DNA from: the human T2T-CHM13v2.0 reference genome, Homo sapiens
Length of the DNA: 64,000 bases
Strand: one strand, 5' to 3'
Assembly (NCBI RefSeq): GCF_009914755.1
Contig: NC_060928.1
Below, one piece after another: positions 45,450 to 60,340 of the stretch. The notes under the pieces were generated by a model. The model had not been told where the DNA came from. It ran no database searches and saw only the letters and a list, made by a program, of their open reading frames with translations. Position numbers and translations under genes: made by a program. The first letter of the stretch is position 1. Each line of letters begins with the position of its first letter.

Positions 45450-45735
45450 TTTTCTTTTTTCTTTCTTTCTTTCTTTTTTTTTTTTTTTTTTTGAGACGGA
45501 GTCTCACTCTGTTGCCCAGGCTGGAATGCAGTGGCATGATCCTCTCACCTCAGCCCTACAAGTAGTTGGGACCACAGGCACACACTACCATGTCTGGCTA
45601 ATTTTTTGTGTTTTTAATAGAGACAGAGTTTTGTCATGTTGTCCAGGCTGGTCTCAAACTCTTGAGCTCAGGCCATCCATCCACCTTGGACTCCCAAAGT
45701 GCTGGCATTACAGGCGTGAACCATTGCACCTGGCC
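45450..45735 (-). mobile_element. Chimeric Alu (3' end of one Alu fused at GATC to the 5' two-thirds of another)
   Basis: About 35 nt of right arm missing at the 45538-45541 junction. Confidence 0.9.
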
Positions 45736-46145
45736 TGATCCCTTCTCATTAGATCTCCCACTACCACATTGATTCACATCATCGTGATCTCTTGCCTAAC
45801 TTATTGCAGAAGTCCCCTAACTGGCCTCCACGTCTTGTTTCACTTTACTCTTAACACAGTAGCCAGAGTGATCTTGTTAAAATCCAAGTCAGATAGCCAC
45901 TCCTTTGCTCAGACCCTCCAAATGGCTTCCCATTTCTCCAATAAAAGCCAAAGTCTTTACAATGGCATAGGAGGCCCTGCAGTCTTTCTCTTCCTTTCCT
46001 CCAGACCTTATACTCCACCATTCTTTTCCTCATTAATTACACTCCAGCAGCACTGCTCTTGCATTTTCTCAAACATGCCAAGCAGGTACCCATCTTAGGC
46101 TCTATGTAATTGCTCTCAGATATCTGCATAATACAATTCACCATT

Positions 46146-46250
46146 ACTGAGCCTGGGAGGTGGAGGTTCCAGTGAGCCAAGATCATGCCACTGCACTACA
46201 GTCTGGGTAGCAGAGTGAGATCCTGTCTCAAAGTAATAATAACAATAATA
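46146..46250 (+). mobile_element. Alu right-arm 3' fragment (partner of 45538-45735)
   Basis: Starts actgagcctgggagg, where the inverted Alu piece stops. Confidence 0.9.
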
Positions 46251-46580
46251 ATGAGAAGGGATCAGATTATGGATATACTTTGAAGATAAATCCAATAGGA
46301 GTCACAAAGAAATTTTATGTAGAGTGAGAGAGAAAGAAGAGTCAAGGATGCCTCCACAGATTTTAGTCAAATGAAATGGAAAGAGGAATAGCTTTCAAAT
46401 GAGATGAAGAAGATGAGGAAGACTGAAAAGAAAAGTTTCATTTTTTTTTTCTGTTGTGGTGTCAAAGACCAGGAATTTGGTTTGAGGTATGTAAAGTTTG
46501 AGATGCAAATTAGATACATGTAGGCAGACATATGTGTCTGAAGTTCCAGAGAGAGGTCTATACTAGAAAACTAAATTTGG

Positions 46581-47076
<496 letters not shown>

Positions 47077-47948
47077 TTAGATAGAGGGAAAAAAGAAAAG
47101 GGGGCCAAATTTTGGAACAAGAGAAGAGAATAAAGGAGTGATTGACTGTCAAACGCTTTAGAATAGGTCGCATAATACAAGGATAGAGAATTGAAAGATT
47201 GATTTAATAACACAAAGGTCATGGAGACTTTGACAAGGACATTTGCTTAGGGTAAAAGTGTTTGGAGTGAGCCCAAGAGAGACTGGGAAGAGAGGAATTG
47301 GACACAGGAAGTAGAGATAATTCTTTCAAGGAGTTTTGCCATAAAAGAGCAAAAAAATGAGAATGTGAGGTCAAGAAAAGCTTTGGGATTTTTCTTGCTG
47401 TTAAAGCTGAGAATCATAACTTGTTCATAAGCTGATGGGAATTTTCTTACAGTGAAGAGAAACCAAGGATGGGAGACAGAATGGGTTGAACTGCTAGAGG
47501 TGGGTACCTTGAGTAGGTGAATACCTTGAGTAGGTGAGAGAGGATGGAATCTACCTCTCAAGTACAGGGCTGGTCTTGGATAGGAGCACAGGCAGAAGAG
47601 CTGTGTGTGTCATAGAGGAAAACATACTATACGGGTACAGGTGCAGAAGAATTCCACAGGCTCTTGTCATGACCTCTATCTGGCATGATGCGGGATGGAT
47701 GTCAAGTTAAGAGCCTGTGGAATTCCGATTGCATCTTTCAAGAAATATCGCAACACTTTTTCTATTACATATTATGATTTTTCATTTAATGAAACATTTT
47801 TGAAAGAGTCTGGTATACGTGATACTGTTGATATGGTGTGGGGGTTCCCTTTACTTGTAAGAATCAGTATTGTGGGCAAAACAGGTAAACAAACAATTGT
47901 GATGTGGTAAGTGTTATCCTACAGGCATATGAAAATGCTGCAGCAACT

Positions 47949-48256
47949 GGTTGGGGGTGGTGGCTCACGCCTGTAATCCCAGCTCCTTGGGAGGCGGAGG
48001 TGAGTGGATCGCCTGAACTCAAGAGTTTGAGGCCAGCCTGGGCAACATGGTGATATCCCGTCTCTACAAAAAATACAAAAATTAGTTGGGCGTAGTGGCA
48101 TGTGCCTGTAGTCCCAGCTACTTGGGAGGCTGAGATGGGAGGCTCACTTGAGCCGGGGAGGTGGAGGTTGCAGTGAACTGGGGATCAGATCCACTGTGCT
48201 CCAGCCTGGGTGACAGAGTGAGACCCTGTCCCAAAGGGGAAACAAACAAACAAAAA
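47949..48256 (+). mobile_element. Alu (J lineage)
   Basis: Dimeric Alu. Confidence 0.93.
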
Positions 48257-49608
48257 CTGGCCTAAAGCTGCTAATATTTTAGTTTTGTGGCCTGCAAACT
48301 TCTAGCATTTCTATAACAGGCATCAAACTTACTTCTATATCAGAAAGTATTTGGCTTATGTCAAAGTTTTAAAAACTTTTTTTCATGTGACACTTTTTCT
48401 TAAGAGGAGCTCGTGAATAACTATTTAAATGTTACAGTTGGCTTGAATTTTAAACATTTGGTGAGAGTTGTAAAAATATATGTTTTAAACTTTCAGAGAA
48501 TAAAAATTTAAGACCCACTTTCTTAGAAGTTACTATTAATAAATAAATAATTTTGTAGTTCTAATCTCATTAAAAAAATTTTTTAAGACTGAGATTGATG
48601 TGTAGGACCCAGCTGCAAAATTCAAACCAGCTACATGCAGCTGCACTCTGGTTCCCCTAATTCATCTAACAGCTCTTAGTGTGTTCTATAAGTGGCAATA
48701 GAAAAGGCACAGCAGATGTGCAAGATGGCTCCTGAAATCTAAAGAGGGACAGATGGTTCTCGGTTTGATTGACAGCATGAGGAGCACTGTAGAAAGGGTC
48801 ACCTCCTGTGGAGGGGTTTTTTTTTTTTTTTTAATCCTTGCCTCTGCCTGAAAATGAAACTGTCCAAGAAAGAAAAGCAGAGTATGGCTATTCAGAAAGC
48901 CTTTTTTTTTTTTTTTCAAATATTTGTTATAGTGAAATTATAAAGTCACCTAGACGTGGAAAAAACTCTCCTCTAACTTTTGACTGAGAGCTGACTCTTC
49001 ATATTTATAACAAAGTAGACAGATTGGTGTTTGAATGCAATACTCAGAATATTGGAGATAGAGCTGGAATTAAGGCAAAAACAAAAATAACATAATTTAC
49101 ACAACAGCATCGATTAGAGCTGGAATAATGATCACTGGAAGCCCTATTTTCCCCTTAAAAATAAACTTTTTGTTTTAAATTTTAATTACAAAGTTAGACA
49201 AATTATTTGCAATAGTTTACCGGGAATGGTTCTAAATTAACAATATAGGCTATATCACTTTTATGCTTACCTCTCTCTCTCTCTTTTCCAAACTCCTTTC
49301 TAGTACTTTAAATCTTCAAGAAAAACAAAAAAGAACTCACATTTTCTGCATGCAAACCAAGTCCTGGATGCTGTGTTAGGTACTTTATAACTTTATATGA
49401 TTTAGTATCTCAGAGGTATTAATAGATTCTTCTTAGGTTCATATTCATACTGACACATGGGCTCCATGATTTTATTGATGCTTCTCTTCATCTTCTGCTG
49501 AAAAAAGGAAAACAAGAACAAAATATGCCTCAAAATAATAGTCCATATATTAAGATACATTCTGGGAGTCCAGGATTTGTGAAGTCCTCTTAAACCATTT
49601 CTAGAAGA

Positions 49609-49952
<344 letters not shown>

Positions 49953-50928
49953 CTAGACAAGACTCAGGATTGACAATGTATTTGCAAGAAATAGCTGGGA
50001 GGTAATTGTCTTGAAACTTCATTTGCATGAAACTATGCTTTTTTGGAATGACCTGCAAAACCTGCCAGGGAATTTACATTTCTTGGTAAGCCTGCTTTTT
50101 GGAGGATCTTTAAGAAGTGCTGCAGTTTGATAAAAGTCTGAAAACTACAGTAGATCTGACATATGAACAAATATTTACTTCTGTGACTCATGAACTGAAC
50201 TAGATTCTGATAATGTAGACAGGGCTATCTCAGTTCTTGTAAAATTCTCAAATCTCTACTCCACTGGCTTGGAGGAAATCAAACTGTTGAACTAGACAGC
50301 AGCTCAGAAACCCCAGGGTCGCAAATGACTTTCCCTTTCACTTCCCATCGCCTCTGTTTTAATGACAACAAAGCTTTTTGTGGCCAAGGCATAAATTCAT
50401 TGAATATGAAATATTTACATTCCACCATCTAGTCAACATCATATTCTTTCAGCTCTCCCACATAGGTAATCCCGCACATACCTGTTCTTTGGCATCATAC
50501 TGACTACTAGATCTTTGATACTCTTAATTTTATCCCTATCTGATTGTTTTCTTTTCATCCCTACTTAGCTTCAATTCCATTGCCAATAATTTCAACCATT
50601 CTCTTGCCAATATCTTCAACTACTTTGTCTTTCTGTCACAAATGTATAAAGTGGCCTGTATTCTATAACTTTCATTACCTTCTTCCTGCTAGTCACACAG
50701 GATGGGTAAGCCCTTCTCCCATTTATGTCGACTTATCCACCTGTGCATTTCTCGCTCTCTCTCTGTTTAGACATTCTATGCCAATATGTCCCAATCTTTT
50801 TAATATCATGGCACACATAGAAAAACGCTAATCTTTGTGCAGTTCATTAGAATAAACTGGAGGCGATCAGGACATCTATATAGCGCTTAGTTGATATATG
50901 CTAATGGCAATTAAAAATACAAAATATA

Positions 50929-51127
<199 letters not shown>

Positions 51128-51265
51128 GAAGATAATAAATACTGGCTTTTGTTGAATAAATATTGACTTTTATAAAACTTTGAAATAATATCTTTTAAAA
51201 CTTGGGCTTGCTTCTCAAAATACAACTTCTTAACTGTTTATTATTAGGCTTAAATTTGAAACGGT

Positions 51266-51674
<409 letters not shown>

Positions 51675-53036
51675 TCACTGGGACTGGTTAGGCAGTGGGT
51701 CCAACTCATGGAGAGTAAGCAGAAGCAGTGTGGGGCGTTGCTTCACCCGGGAAGTGTAAGGAGCCAGGAACCTCCCTCCCCTAGCCAAGGGAAGCCATGA
51801 GGGACTGTGCTACCCAGCTGGGTTACTACACTTTTTCCACGGTTTTTGCAATCTGCAGATCAGGAGATTCCTACCGGGGCCCTGGGTTTCAAGCACAAAA
51901 CTGGGCGGCTGTTTGGGCAGACACTGAGCTAGCTGTAGAAGTATTTTTTCATACCCCCAGTGGCACCTGGGACTGTGCTACCCAGCCGGGTTACTACACT
52001 TTTTCCATGGTTTTTGCACTCTGCAGATCAGGAGATTCCCACCAGGCCCCTGGGTTTCAAGCACAAAACTGGGGGGCTGTTTGGGCAGACACCGAGCTAA
52101 CTGCAGAAGTATTTTTTCATACCCCAGTGGGGCCTGGAACACCAGTGAGACAGAATTGTTTACTCCCCTGGAAAGGGGGCTGAAGCCAGGAAGCCAAGTG
52201 GTCTAGCTCAGTGGGTTCCACTTCCATGGAGCCGAGCAAGCTAAGAACCACTGGCTTGAAATTCTTGCTGCCAGCACAGCAGTCTGAAGACAACTTGGAA
52301 TAATCGAGCTTGGTGTGGGGAGGGGCATCTGCCATTACTGACATTTTAGAAGGCAGTTTTCTCCTGACATTGCTCAGGAGGCTGGGTGCTCTGGGCTGGG
52401 TGTGGCAAAGCAGCTGTGGCCAGACTGCTTCTCTAGATTTCTCCTCACTGGGCATCTCTGAAGGAAAGGTAACAGCCCTAGTCAGGGACTTACAGACAAA
52501 ACCCCCATCTCCCTGGGATAGAGCACCTGGGGGAAGGGGTGGTTGTGGGCGCAGCTTCAGCGGATTTAATCATTCCTGCTTGCTGGCTCTGAAGAGAGCA
52601 GCTGATCCTGACAAAAGGGATTCTCCCAGCGCAGTGCACCAGCTCTTCTAAGGGACAGACTGCCTTCTCAAGTGGGTCCCTGACCTCTGTGCCTCCTGAC
52701 TGGGAATAACCTCCCAACATGGGTTGACAGACACCTCTTACAGGAGAGCTCCAGCTGATATCAGGCCAGTGCCCCTCTGGGACGAAACTTCCAGAGAAAG
52801 GAGCAGGCAGAAATCTTTGTTGTTCTGCAGGCTCTACTGGTGATACCCAGGTGAACAGGGTCTGGAGTGCACCTCCAGCAAGCTGCAGCAGACCTGCAGA
52901 AGAGGGTCTTGACTGCTAGAAGAAAAACTAACGAACAGAAAGCCACAACATCAACATCAGCATAAAGGACCCCCACGTAAAGACTCCATCCAAAGATCAT
53001 CAGCCTCAAAGATCAAAGGTAGATAAATCCACGAAG

Positions 53037-54034
53037 ATGAGGAAAAAGCAGTGCAAAAATGCAGGAAATTCCAAAAACCAGAAGGCCTATTCTCCTCCAA
53101 ATGATCTCTACTCCTCTCCAGCAAGGGCACAAAACTGGACGGAGAATGAGTTTGATGAATTGACAGAAGTGGGCTTCAGAAGATGGGTAATAACAAACTC
53201 CTCTGAGCTAAAGGAGCATGTTCCAACCCAATGCAAGGAAGCTAAGAACCTTGATAAAGGTTACAGGAACTGCTAACTAGAATAACCAGTTTAGAGAGGA
53301 ACATAAATGACCTTATGGAGCTGAAAAACACAGCAGGAGAACTTTGTGAAGCATACACAAGTATCAATAGCTGAATTGATCAAGCGGAAGAAAGGATATT
53401 GGATATTAAAGATCAACTTAACGGAATAAGGGATGAAGACAAGATTAGAGAAAAAATAATGAAAAGGAATGAAAAAAACCTTCAAGAAATATGTGACTAT
53501 GTGAAAAGACCAAACCTACAATTGATTGGTGTACCTGAAAGTGATAGGGAGAATGGAACCAAGTTGAAGAATACACTTCAGGGTATTATCCACAAGACTT
53601 CCCCAACCTAGCAAGACAGGCCAACATTCAAATTCAGGAAATACAGAGAACACCACTAAGACACTCCTCAAGAAGAGAAACCCCGAGACACATAATGGTC
53701 AGATTCTCCAACATGAAAACGAAGGAAAAAAATGTTAAGGGCAGCCAGAGAGAAAGGTCAGGTCACCTACAAAGGGAAGCCCATCAGACTAACAGTGGAT
53801 CTCTCTGCAGAAACCCTACAAGCCAGAAGAGAGTGCAGGCCAACATTCAGCATCCTTAATATCTAGCCAAACTAAGCTTCATAAGAAAAGGAGTAACAAA
53901 ATCCTATACAGACAAGCAAATGCTGAGGGATTTTTCTCACCACTAGGTCTGCCTTACAAGAGCTCCTGAAGGAAGCACTAAATATGGAAAGGAAAAACTG
54001 GTACCAGCCACTGCAAAAACAACCCAAAATATAA
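53037..54034 (+). pseudogene. L1 ORF1 (p40), disrupted
   Basis: Fragments MRKKQCKNAGNSKNQ..ENEFDELTEVGFRRW; YVKRPNLQLIGVPESDRENGTKL. Confidence 0.9.
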
Positions 54035-54094
54035 AGACCAATGACACTATGAAGAAACTGCATCAATTAATGTGCAAAATAACCAGCTAACATT

Positions 54095-54291
54095 ATGATG
54101 GCAGGATCAAATTCACACATAACAATGTTAGCCTTCAGTGTAAATGGGCTAAATGCCCCAATTAAAAGACACAGACTGGCAAATTGGATAAAGAGTCAAG
54201 ACCCCTCAGTGTGCTATATTGAAGAGACCCATCTCACGTGCAAAGACACACATAGGCTCAAAATAAAGAGACGGAGGAATATTTACCAAGC

Positions 54292-54331
<40 letters not shown>

Positions 54332-57300
54332 AGGGGTTGCAATCCCAGTCTCTGATAAAACAGACTTTAAACCAACAAAGATAAAAAAAGACAAAGAAGG
54401 GCATTACATTACGGTAAAGGGATCAATACATCAAGAAGAGCTAAGTATATATGCAACCAATACAGGAGCACTCAGATTCATAAAACAAGTTCTTAGAGAC
54501 CTACAAAGAGACTTGGACTCCCACGCAATAATAATGGGAGACTTTAACACCCCACTGTCAATATTAGACAGATCAATGAGACAGATAATTAACAAGGATA
54601 TTCAGGATGTGAATTCAGCTCTGGACCAATGGGACCTAATAGACATCTACAGAACTCTCCAACCCAAATCAACGGAGTATACATTCTTCTCAGCACCACA
54701 TAGCACGTATTCTAAAATCGATCACATAATTGGAAGTAAAACCCTCCTTAGCAAATGCAAAAGAATGGAAATCATAACAAACAGTCTCTCAGACCACAGT
54801 GCAATCTAATCAGAACTCAGGATTAAGAAAGTCACTCAAATCCGCACAACTACATGGAAATTGAACAATCTCCTCCTGAATGAGTACTGGGTAAATAACA
54901 AAATTAAGGCAGAAATAAATGAGTTTTTTGAAACCAATGAGGACAAAGAAACAACATACTAGAATCTCTGGGACACAGCTAAAGTGGTGTTAAGAGGAAA
55001 ATTTATAGCACTTAATGCCCACAACAGAAAGCTGGAAAGGTCTAAAATCAACACACTAACATCACAATTAAAAGAATGAAAGAAGCAAGAGCAAACAAAT
55101 TCAAAAGCTAGCAGAAAACAAGAAATAACTAAGATCAGAGCAGAACTGAAGGAGATAGAGACATGAAAAACCCTTCAAAAATTCAATGAATCCAGGAGCT
55201 GGTTTTTTGAAAAGATTAACCAAATAGATGGACCACTAGCTAGACTAATAAAGAAAAGAGAGAAGAATCAAATAGACACAATAAAAAATGATAAAGGTGA
55301 TATCACCACTGATTCCACAGAAATACAAACTACCATCAGAGAATACTATAAACACCACTATGCAAATAAACCCAGAAAATCTAGAAGAAATGGATAAATT
55401 CCTGGACACATACACACTTTCAAGACTAACCCAGGAAGAAGTAGACTCCCTGAATAGACCAATAACAAGTTCTGAAATTGAGGCAGTAATTAATAGCCTA
55501 CCAACCAACAAAAGCCCAGGACCAGACGAATTCACAGCCGAATTCTACCAGAGGTACAAGGAGGAGCTGGTACCATTCGTTCTGAAACTATTCCAAACAA
55601 TAGAAAAAGAAGGACTCCTCCTTAACTCATTTTATGAGGCCAGCATCATCCTGATATGAAAACCTGGCAGAGACACAACAAAAAAAGAAAATTTCTGGCC
55701 AATATCCCTGATGAATATTGATGTGAAAATCCTCAATAAAATACTGGCAAACCAAATCGAGCAGCACATTAAAAATCTTATCCACCACGATCAAGTCGAC
55801 TTTATGCCTGGGATGCAAGGCTGGTTCAACATACTCAAATCAATGAATGTAATCCATCACATAAACAGAACCAATGACAAGAACCACATGATTATCTCAA
55901 TGGATGCAGAAAAGGCCTTTGATAAAATTCAACATCTCTTCATGTTAAAAACTCTCAATAAACTAGGTGTGGATGGAACATATCTCAAAATAATAAGAGC
56001 TATTTATGACAAACGCATAGCCAATATCATACTGAATGGGCAAAAGCTGGAAGCATTCCCTTTGAAAACCAGCACAAGGGTGTCCTCTCTCATCATTCCT
56101 ATTTAACGTAGTATTGGAAGTTCTGGCCAGGGCAATCAGGCAAGAGAAAGAAATAAACGTATTTAAATAGGAAAAGAGGAAGTCAAATTGTCTCTGTTTG
56201 CAGATGACATAGTTGTATATTTAGAAAACCACATTGTCTCAGCCCAAAAATTCTTAAGCTGATAAGCAACTTCAGCAAAGTGTCAGGATACAAAATCAAT
56301 GTGCAAAAATCATAAGCATTCCTATACACCAACAATAGACAAGCAGATAGCTAAATCATGAGTGAACTCCCATTCACAATTGCTACAAAGAGAATAAAAT
56401 ACCTAAGAATACAACTTACAAGGGATGTGAAGGACCTCTTCAAGGAAAACTACAAACCACTGCTCAAGGAAATACGAGAGGACACAAACAAATGGAAAAA
56501 CATTCCATGCTCATGGATAGGAACAATCAATACTGTGAAAATGGCCACACTGCCCAAGGTAATTTATAGATTCAATGCTATTCCCATCAAGCTACCAATG
56601 ACTTTCTTCACAGAATTGGAAAAAACTACTTTAAATTTCATATGGAACCAAAAAAGAGCCCACATAGCCAAGACAATCCTAAGCAAAAAGAACAAAGCTG
56701 GAGGCATCATGCTATCTGACTTCAAACTATACTACAAGGCTACAGTAACCAAAACAGCATGGTACTGGTACCAAAACAGATGTATAGACAAACGGAACAG
56801 AACAGAGACCTCAGAAATAACACCATGCATCACAACCATCTGATCTTCAACAAACCTGACAAAAACAAACAATGGGGAAAGGATTCCCTATTTAATAAAT
56901 GGTGCTGGGAAAACTGGCTTGGCCATATGCAGAAAACAGAAACTGGACCACTTCCTTACATCTTACGTAAAAATTAACTCAAGATGCATTAAAGACTTAA
57001 ATGTAAAACCCCAAATCATAAAAACCTTAGAAGAAAACATAGGCAGTACCATTCAGGACATAGGCATGGGCAAAGACTTCATGACTAAAACACAAAAGTA
57101 ATCACAACAAAAGCCAAAATTGACAAATGGGATCTAATTAAACTGAAGAGCTTCTGCACAGCAAAGAAAACTATCATCAGAGTGAACAGGCAACCTACAG
57201 AATGGGAGAAAATTTTTGCAAGCTACCCTTCCAACAAAGGTCTAATACCCTGAATCTATAAGGAACTTAAATTTACAAGAAAAAACAATCAACCCCATCA

Positions 57301-57920
57301 AAAAGTGGGCAAAGGATACGAACAGACACTTCTCAAAAGAAGACATTTATGTGGCCAACAAACATATAAAAAAATGCTCATCATCACTGGTCATTAGAGA
57401 AATGCAAATGAAAACCACAATGAGATACCATCTTACACCAGTCAGAATGGTGATTATTAAAAAGTCAGGAGACAACAGATGCTGGTGAGGCTGTGGAGAA
57501 ATCGGAACGCTTTTACACTGTTGGTGGGAGTGTAAATTAGTTCAACCATTGTGGAAGACAGTGTGGCAATTACTCAAGTATCTAGAACAAGAAATACCAT
57601 TTGACCCAGCAATCCCATTACTCAGTATAAACCCAAAGGATTATAAATCATTCTACTATGAAGACACATGCACATGTATGTTTATTGCAGCACTGTTTAC
57701 AATAGCAAAGTCATGGAAGCAACCCAAATGCCCATCAATGATAGACCGGATAAAGAAAATGTGGCGCATACATACCATGGAATACTATGGAGCCATAAAA
57801 AAGAAAGAGTTCATGTCCTTTGCAGGTACATGGTTGAAGCTGGAAACCATCATTTTCAGCAATCTAACACAGGAACGGAAAACCAAACACCGCATGTTCT
57901 CACTTATAAGTGGGAGCTGA
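54095..57920 (+). pseudogene. L1 ORF2 (endonuclease/reverse transcriptase), disrupted
   Basis: Fragments MAGSNSHIT..NGLNAPIKR; IMGDFNTPLS; [13 protein letters not shown]; [11 protein letters not shown]; FADD-encoding tttgcagatgac at ~56198; KHRMFSLISGS*. Confidence 0.93.
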
Positions 57921-58235
57921 ACAGCGAGAACACATGGACACAGGGAGGGGAACATCACACACCGGGACCTGTTGGTGGGGGGGTAGGGGGCAAAGGGAGG
58001 GAGAGCGTTAGGGCAAATACCTAATGGATGCGGCGTTTAAAACCTAGATGGAAGGTTGACAGGTGCAGCAAACCACCATGGCACCTGTATACCTATGTAA
58101 CACACCTGCAGGTTCTCCACATGTACCCCAGAACTTAAAGTAAAATAAAAAAAAAAAGACATATTGTAATACTTAAAAAAATTTGAAATGGCTATACACA
58201 TTTCCTTTTTTAAATGATGATCTCTTTGAATTTAC

Positions 58236-59623
58236 TTTTATTTTTATTTATTTTTAATTTTTTTTTAGAGAAGGTCTTGTTCTGTTGCCCAGGCTGGAGT
58301 GCAGTGGCATTATCATAGCTCACTGGAGCCTTAAATCCCTGGGCATAAGTGATCCTCTTGCTTCATGCTCTAGATTAGCTAGGACTGCAGGGGTGCCACA
58401 ATGCCTGGCTTTTTTTTTTTTTTTTTTTTTTTTTGTAGAGATGGAGTCTTGCTATGTTGCTCAGGCTGGTCTCAAACTCCTGGCCTCATGTGATCCTTCT
58501 GCTTTGGCCTCCCAAAGTATTCAGATTACAGGAGTGAGCCACTACACCTGGCTTTCTTTGAATTCTTCTTTTGTTTTGTTTTTAAGACAGGGCCTCACTC
58601 TGTTGCCCAGGCTGGAGTGCAGTGGCATGATCTTGGCTTACTGCAACCTCTGCCTCCCAGGCTCAAGTGATCCTCCCACTTCAGCCTCCTGAATAGCTGG
58701 GACTACAGATGAGCACCATCATGCCCAGCTAATTTTTTGTATTTTTTTGTAGAGATGGGTTTTTGCCGTGTTGCCCACACTAGTCTCAAACTCCTAAGCT
58801 CAAAGCAATCCACCTGCCTTGGCCTCCCAAAGTGCTGGGATTACAGGTGTGAGCCACTGCGCCCAGCCTGAATTTTTAATAGTTTCCATTAACAAGAAAT
58901 TTTGAATGCAATAACCACTCAGTATTTACAATTGAAATTACATCAAAGACTCTAAAACTGTTTTTGTTTTTCTTTTTCTTTTTTTGAGATGGGACCTCAT
59001 TCTGTTGCTCAGGCTGGAGTGTACAGGCACAATCATAGCTCACTGCAACCCTGAACTCCTGGTCTCAAGTGATCCTGTCGCCTCCACCTCCTGGGTAGCT
59101 AGGACTACAGGCATGCACTAGCACACCCACCTTATTATTATTATTATTATTATTTTAGAGATAGGGTCTTTTTATGTTGCCCAGGCTGGTCTCAAACTCC
59201 TGGCCTCAAGCGATCCTCCTGCCTTGGCCAGGTGTGAACCACCCACTGCACTGGCCTCTTTTCTTTCATTAAGAAATGTAACAGAAATATAATGAATGAC
59301 AATTCAGGTGAATTTTGAATTCAAATGAACTTTTTTGTTTTAGACAGAGTCTTGCTCTGTTGTTCAGGCTGGAGTGCAGTGGCGCAATCATAGCTTGCTG
59401 CAGCCTTGATCTCCTGGGCTGAAGTGGTCCTCCCACCTCAGCCTCCCAAGTAGCTGGGATTACAGGCATGCACCACTACATCTGGTTAATTTTTGTATTT
59501 TTAGTAGAGACAGGGTTTCACAATGTTGCCCAGGTGGGTCTGGAACTCCTGGGCTCAAATGACCTGCCCACCTTGGCATCCCAAAGTACTGGGACTTACA
59601 GGCATGAGCCACTGCGCCTGGCT
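58236..59623 (-). mobile_element. Cluster of four reverse AluJ-like elements (58236-58552, 58568-58868, 58960-59256, 59331-59623)
   Basis: Four dimeric Alus in the same orientation. Confidence 0.93.
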
Positions 59624-59882
59624 GGAGTTTTTAATTTCAAATAAGTCAAAATAATGAAGGAACTGTAATTTGCATTATGAGAGCAGATCCCCTGCAGCTG
59701 GCATGGACACCACAAAAAGGACATTTCAACCCCAAAAGTCCAGACATGCCCAATTAATGTGAAGACTGAGATATGGGCTTGCTCCTTGGGGTTACTCCCT
59801 GGAGCTGCACCTGCCTGGGGCCCCAGTCCTGACTCCTTGTGCCCCCACTCTACTAGCTGCACCTTGGGATTCCTGCCATCCC

Positions 59883-59993
59883 ATGCATCCAGGGTATCTA
59901 GGGTATGCATCCAGGGTATCTAACACATGAATCCAGGTCATCTAACACATGAATATCTAGGTATGCATCCAGGGTATCTAACACATGAATATC
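59883..59993. repeat. Modular minisatellite (ATGCATCCAGGGTATCTA and ACACATGAAT units)
   Basis: Each unit occurs three times in mixed order. Confidence 0.88.
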
Positions 59994-60340
59994 TTCAGCA
60001 GCCCCATAGGCCCCTTGCCCATGATGGGCAGCAGCGTGCCCTTTGGCTGAATTTTCTGAGATTTAGTATGGGAAAGAAGAGCTGAATTTTGCTTATCATT
60101 CTCATCACTTTTGGGGTACATAGGAATACCATTAGACTTTGTTTTCCTCTAAATCACCTCAGAGGACCCCCAAAGAAGGTTGCTTATAATGCAGGAAACT
60201 GGCCCATGGTCTCTGCCCACAGACTGCTGCAAAGGCTGAGTGAGTGAATCAATAGCTTGTGGCATACCTATAACACATCCATGGGAATATTAGTTAAGAA
60301 ATCTGCCCTATGCTATTAATTATCCCTTCTTGCTCTTGTA

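Noticed and set aside
51797-52183. 128-aa ORF with an internal repeat
   Set aside because: By-product of the L1 5'UTR tandem duplication
54294-54329. Long poly(A) inside the L1 ORF2 endonuclease region
   Set aside because: Expansion of a natural A-rich stretch of L1; no evidence of a separate insertion
59596-59910. 104-aa minus-strand ORF considered as a pseudogene fragment
   Set aside because: No protein I recognise; starts in the minisatellite and ends in an Alu
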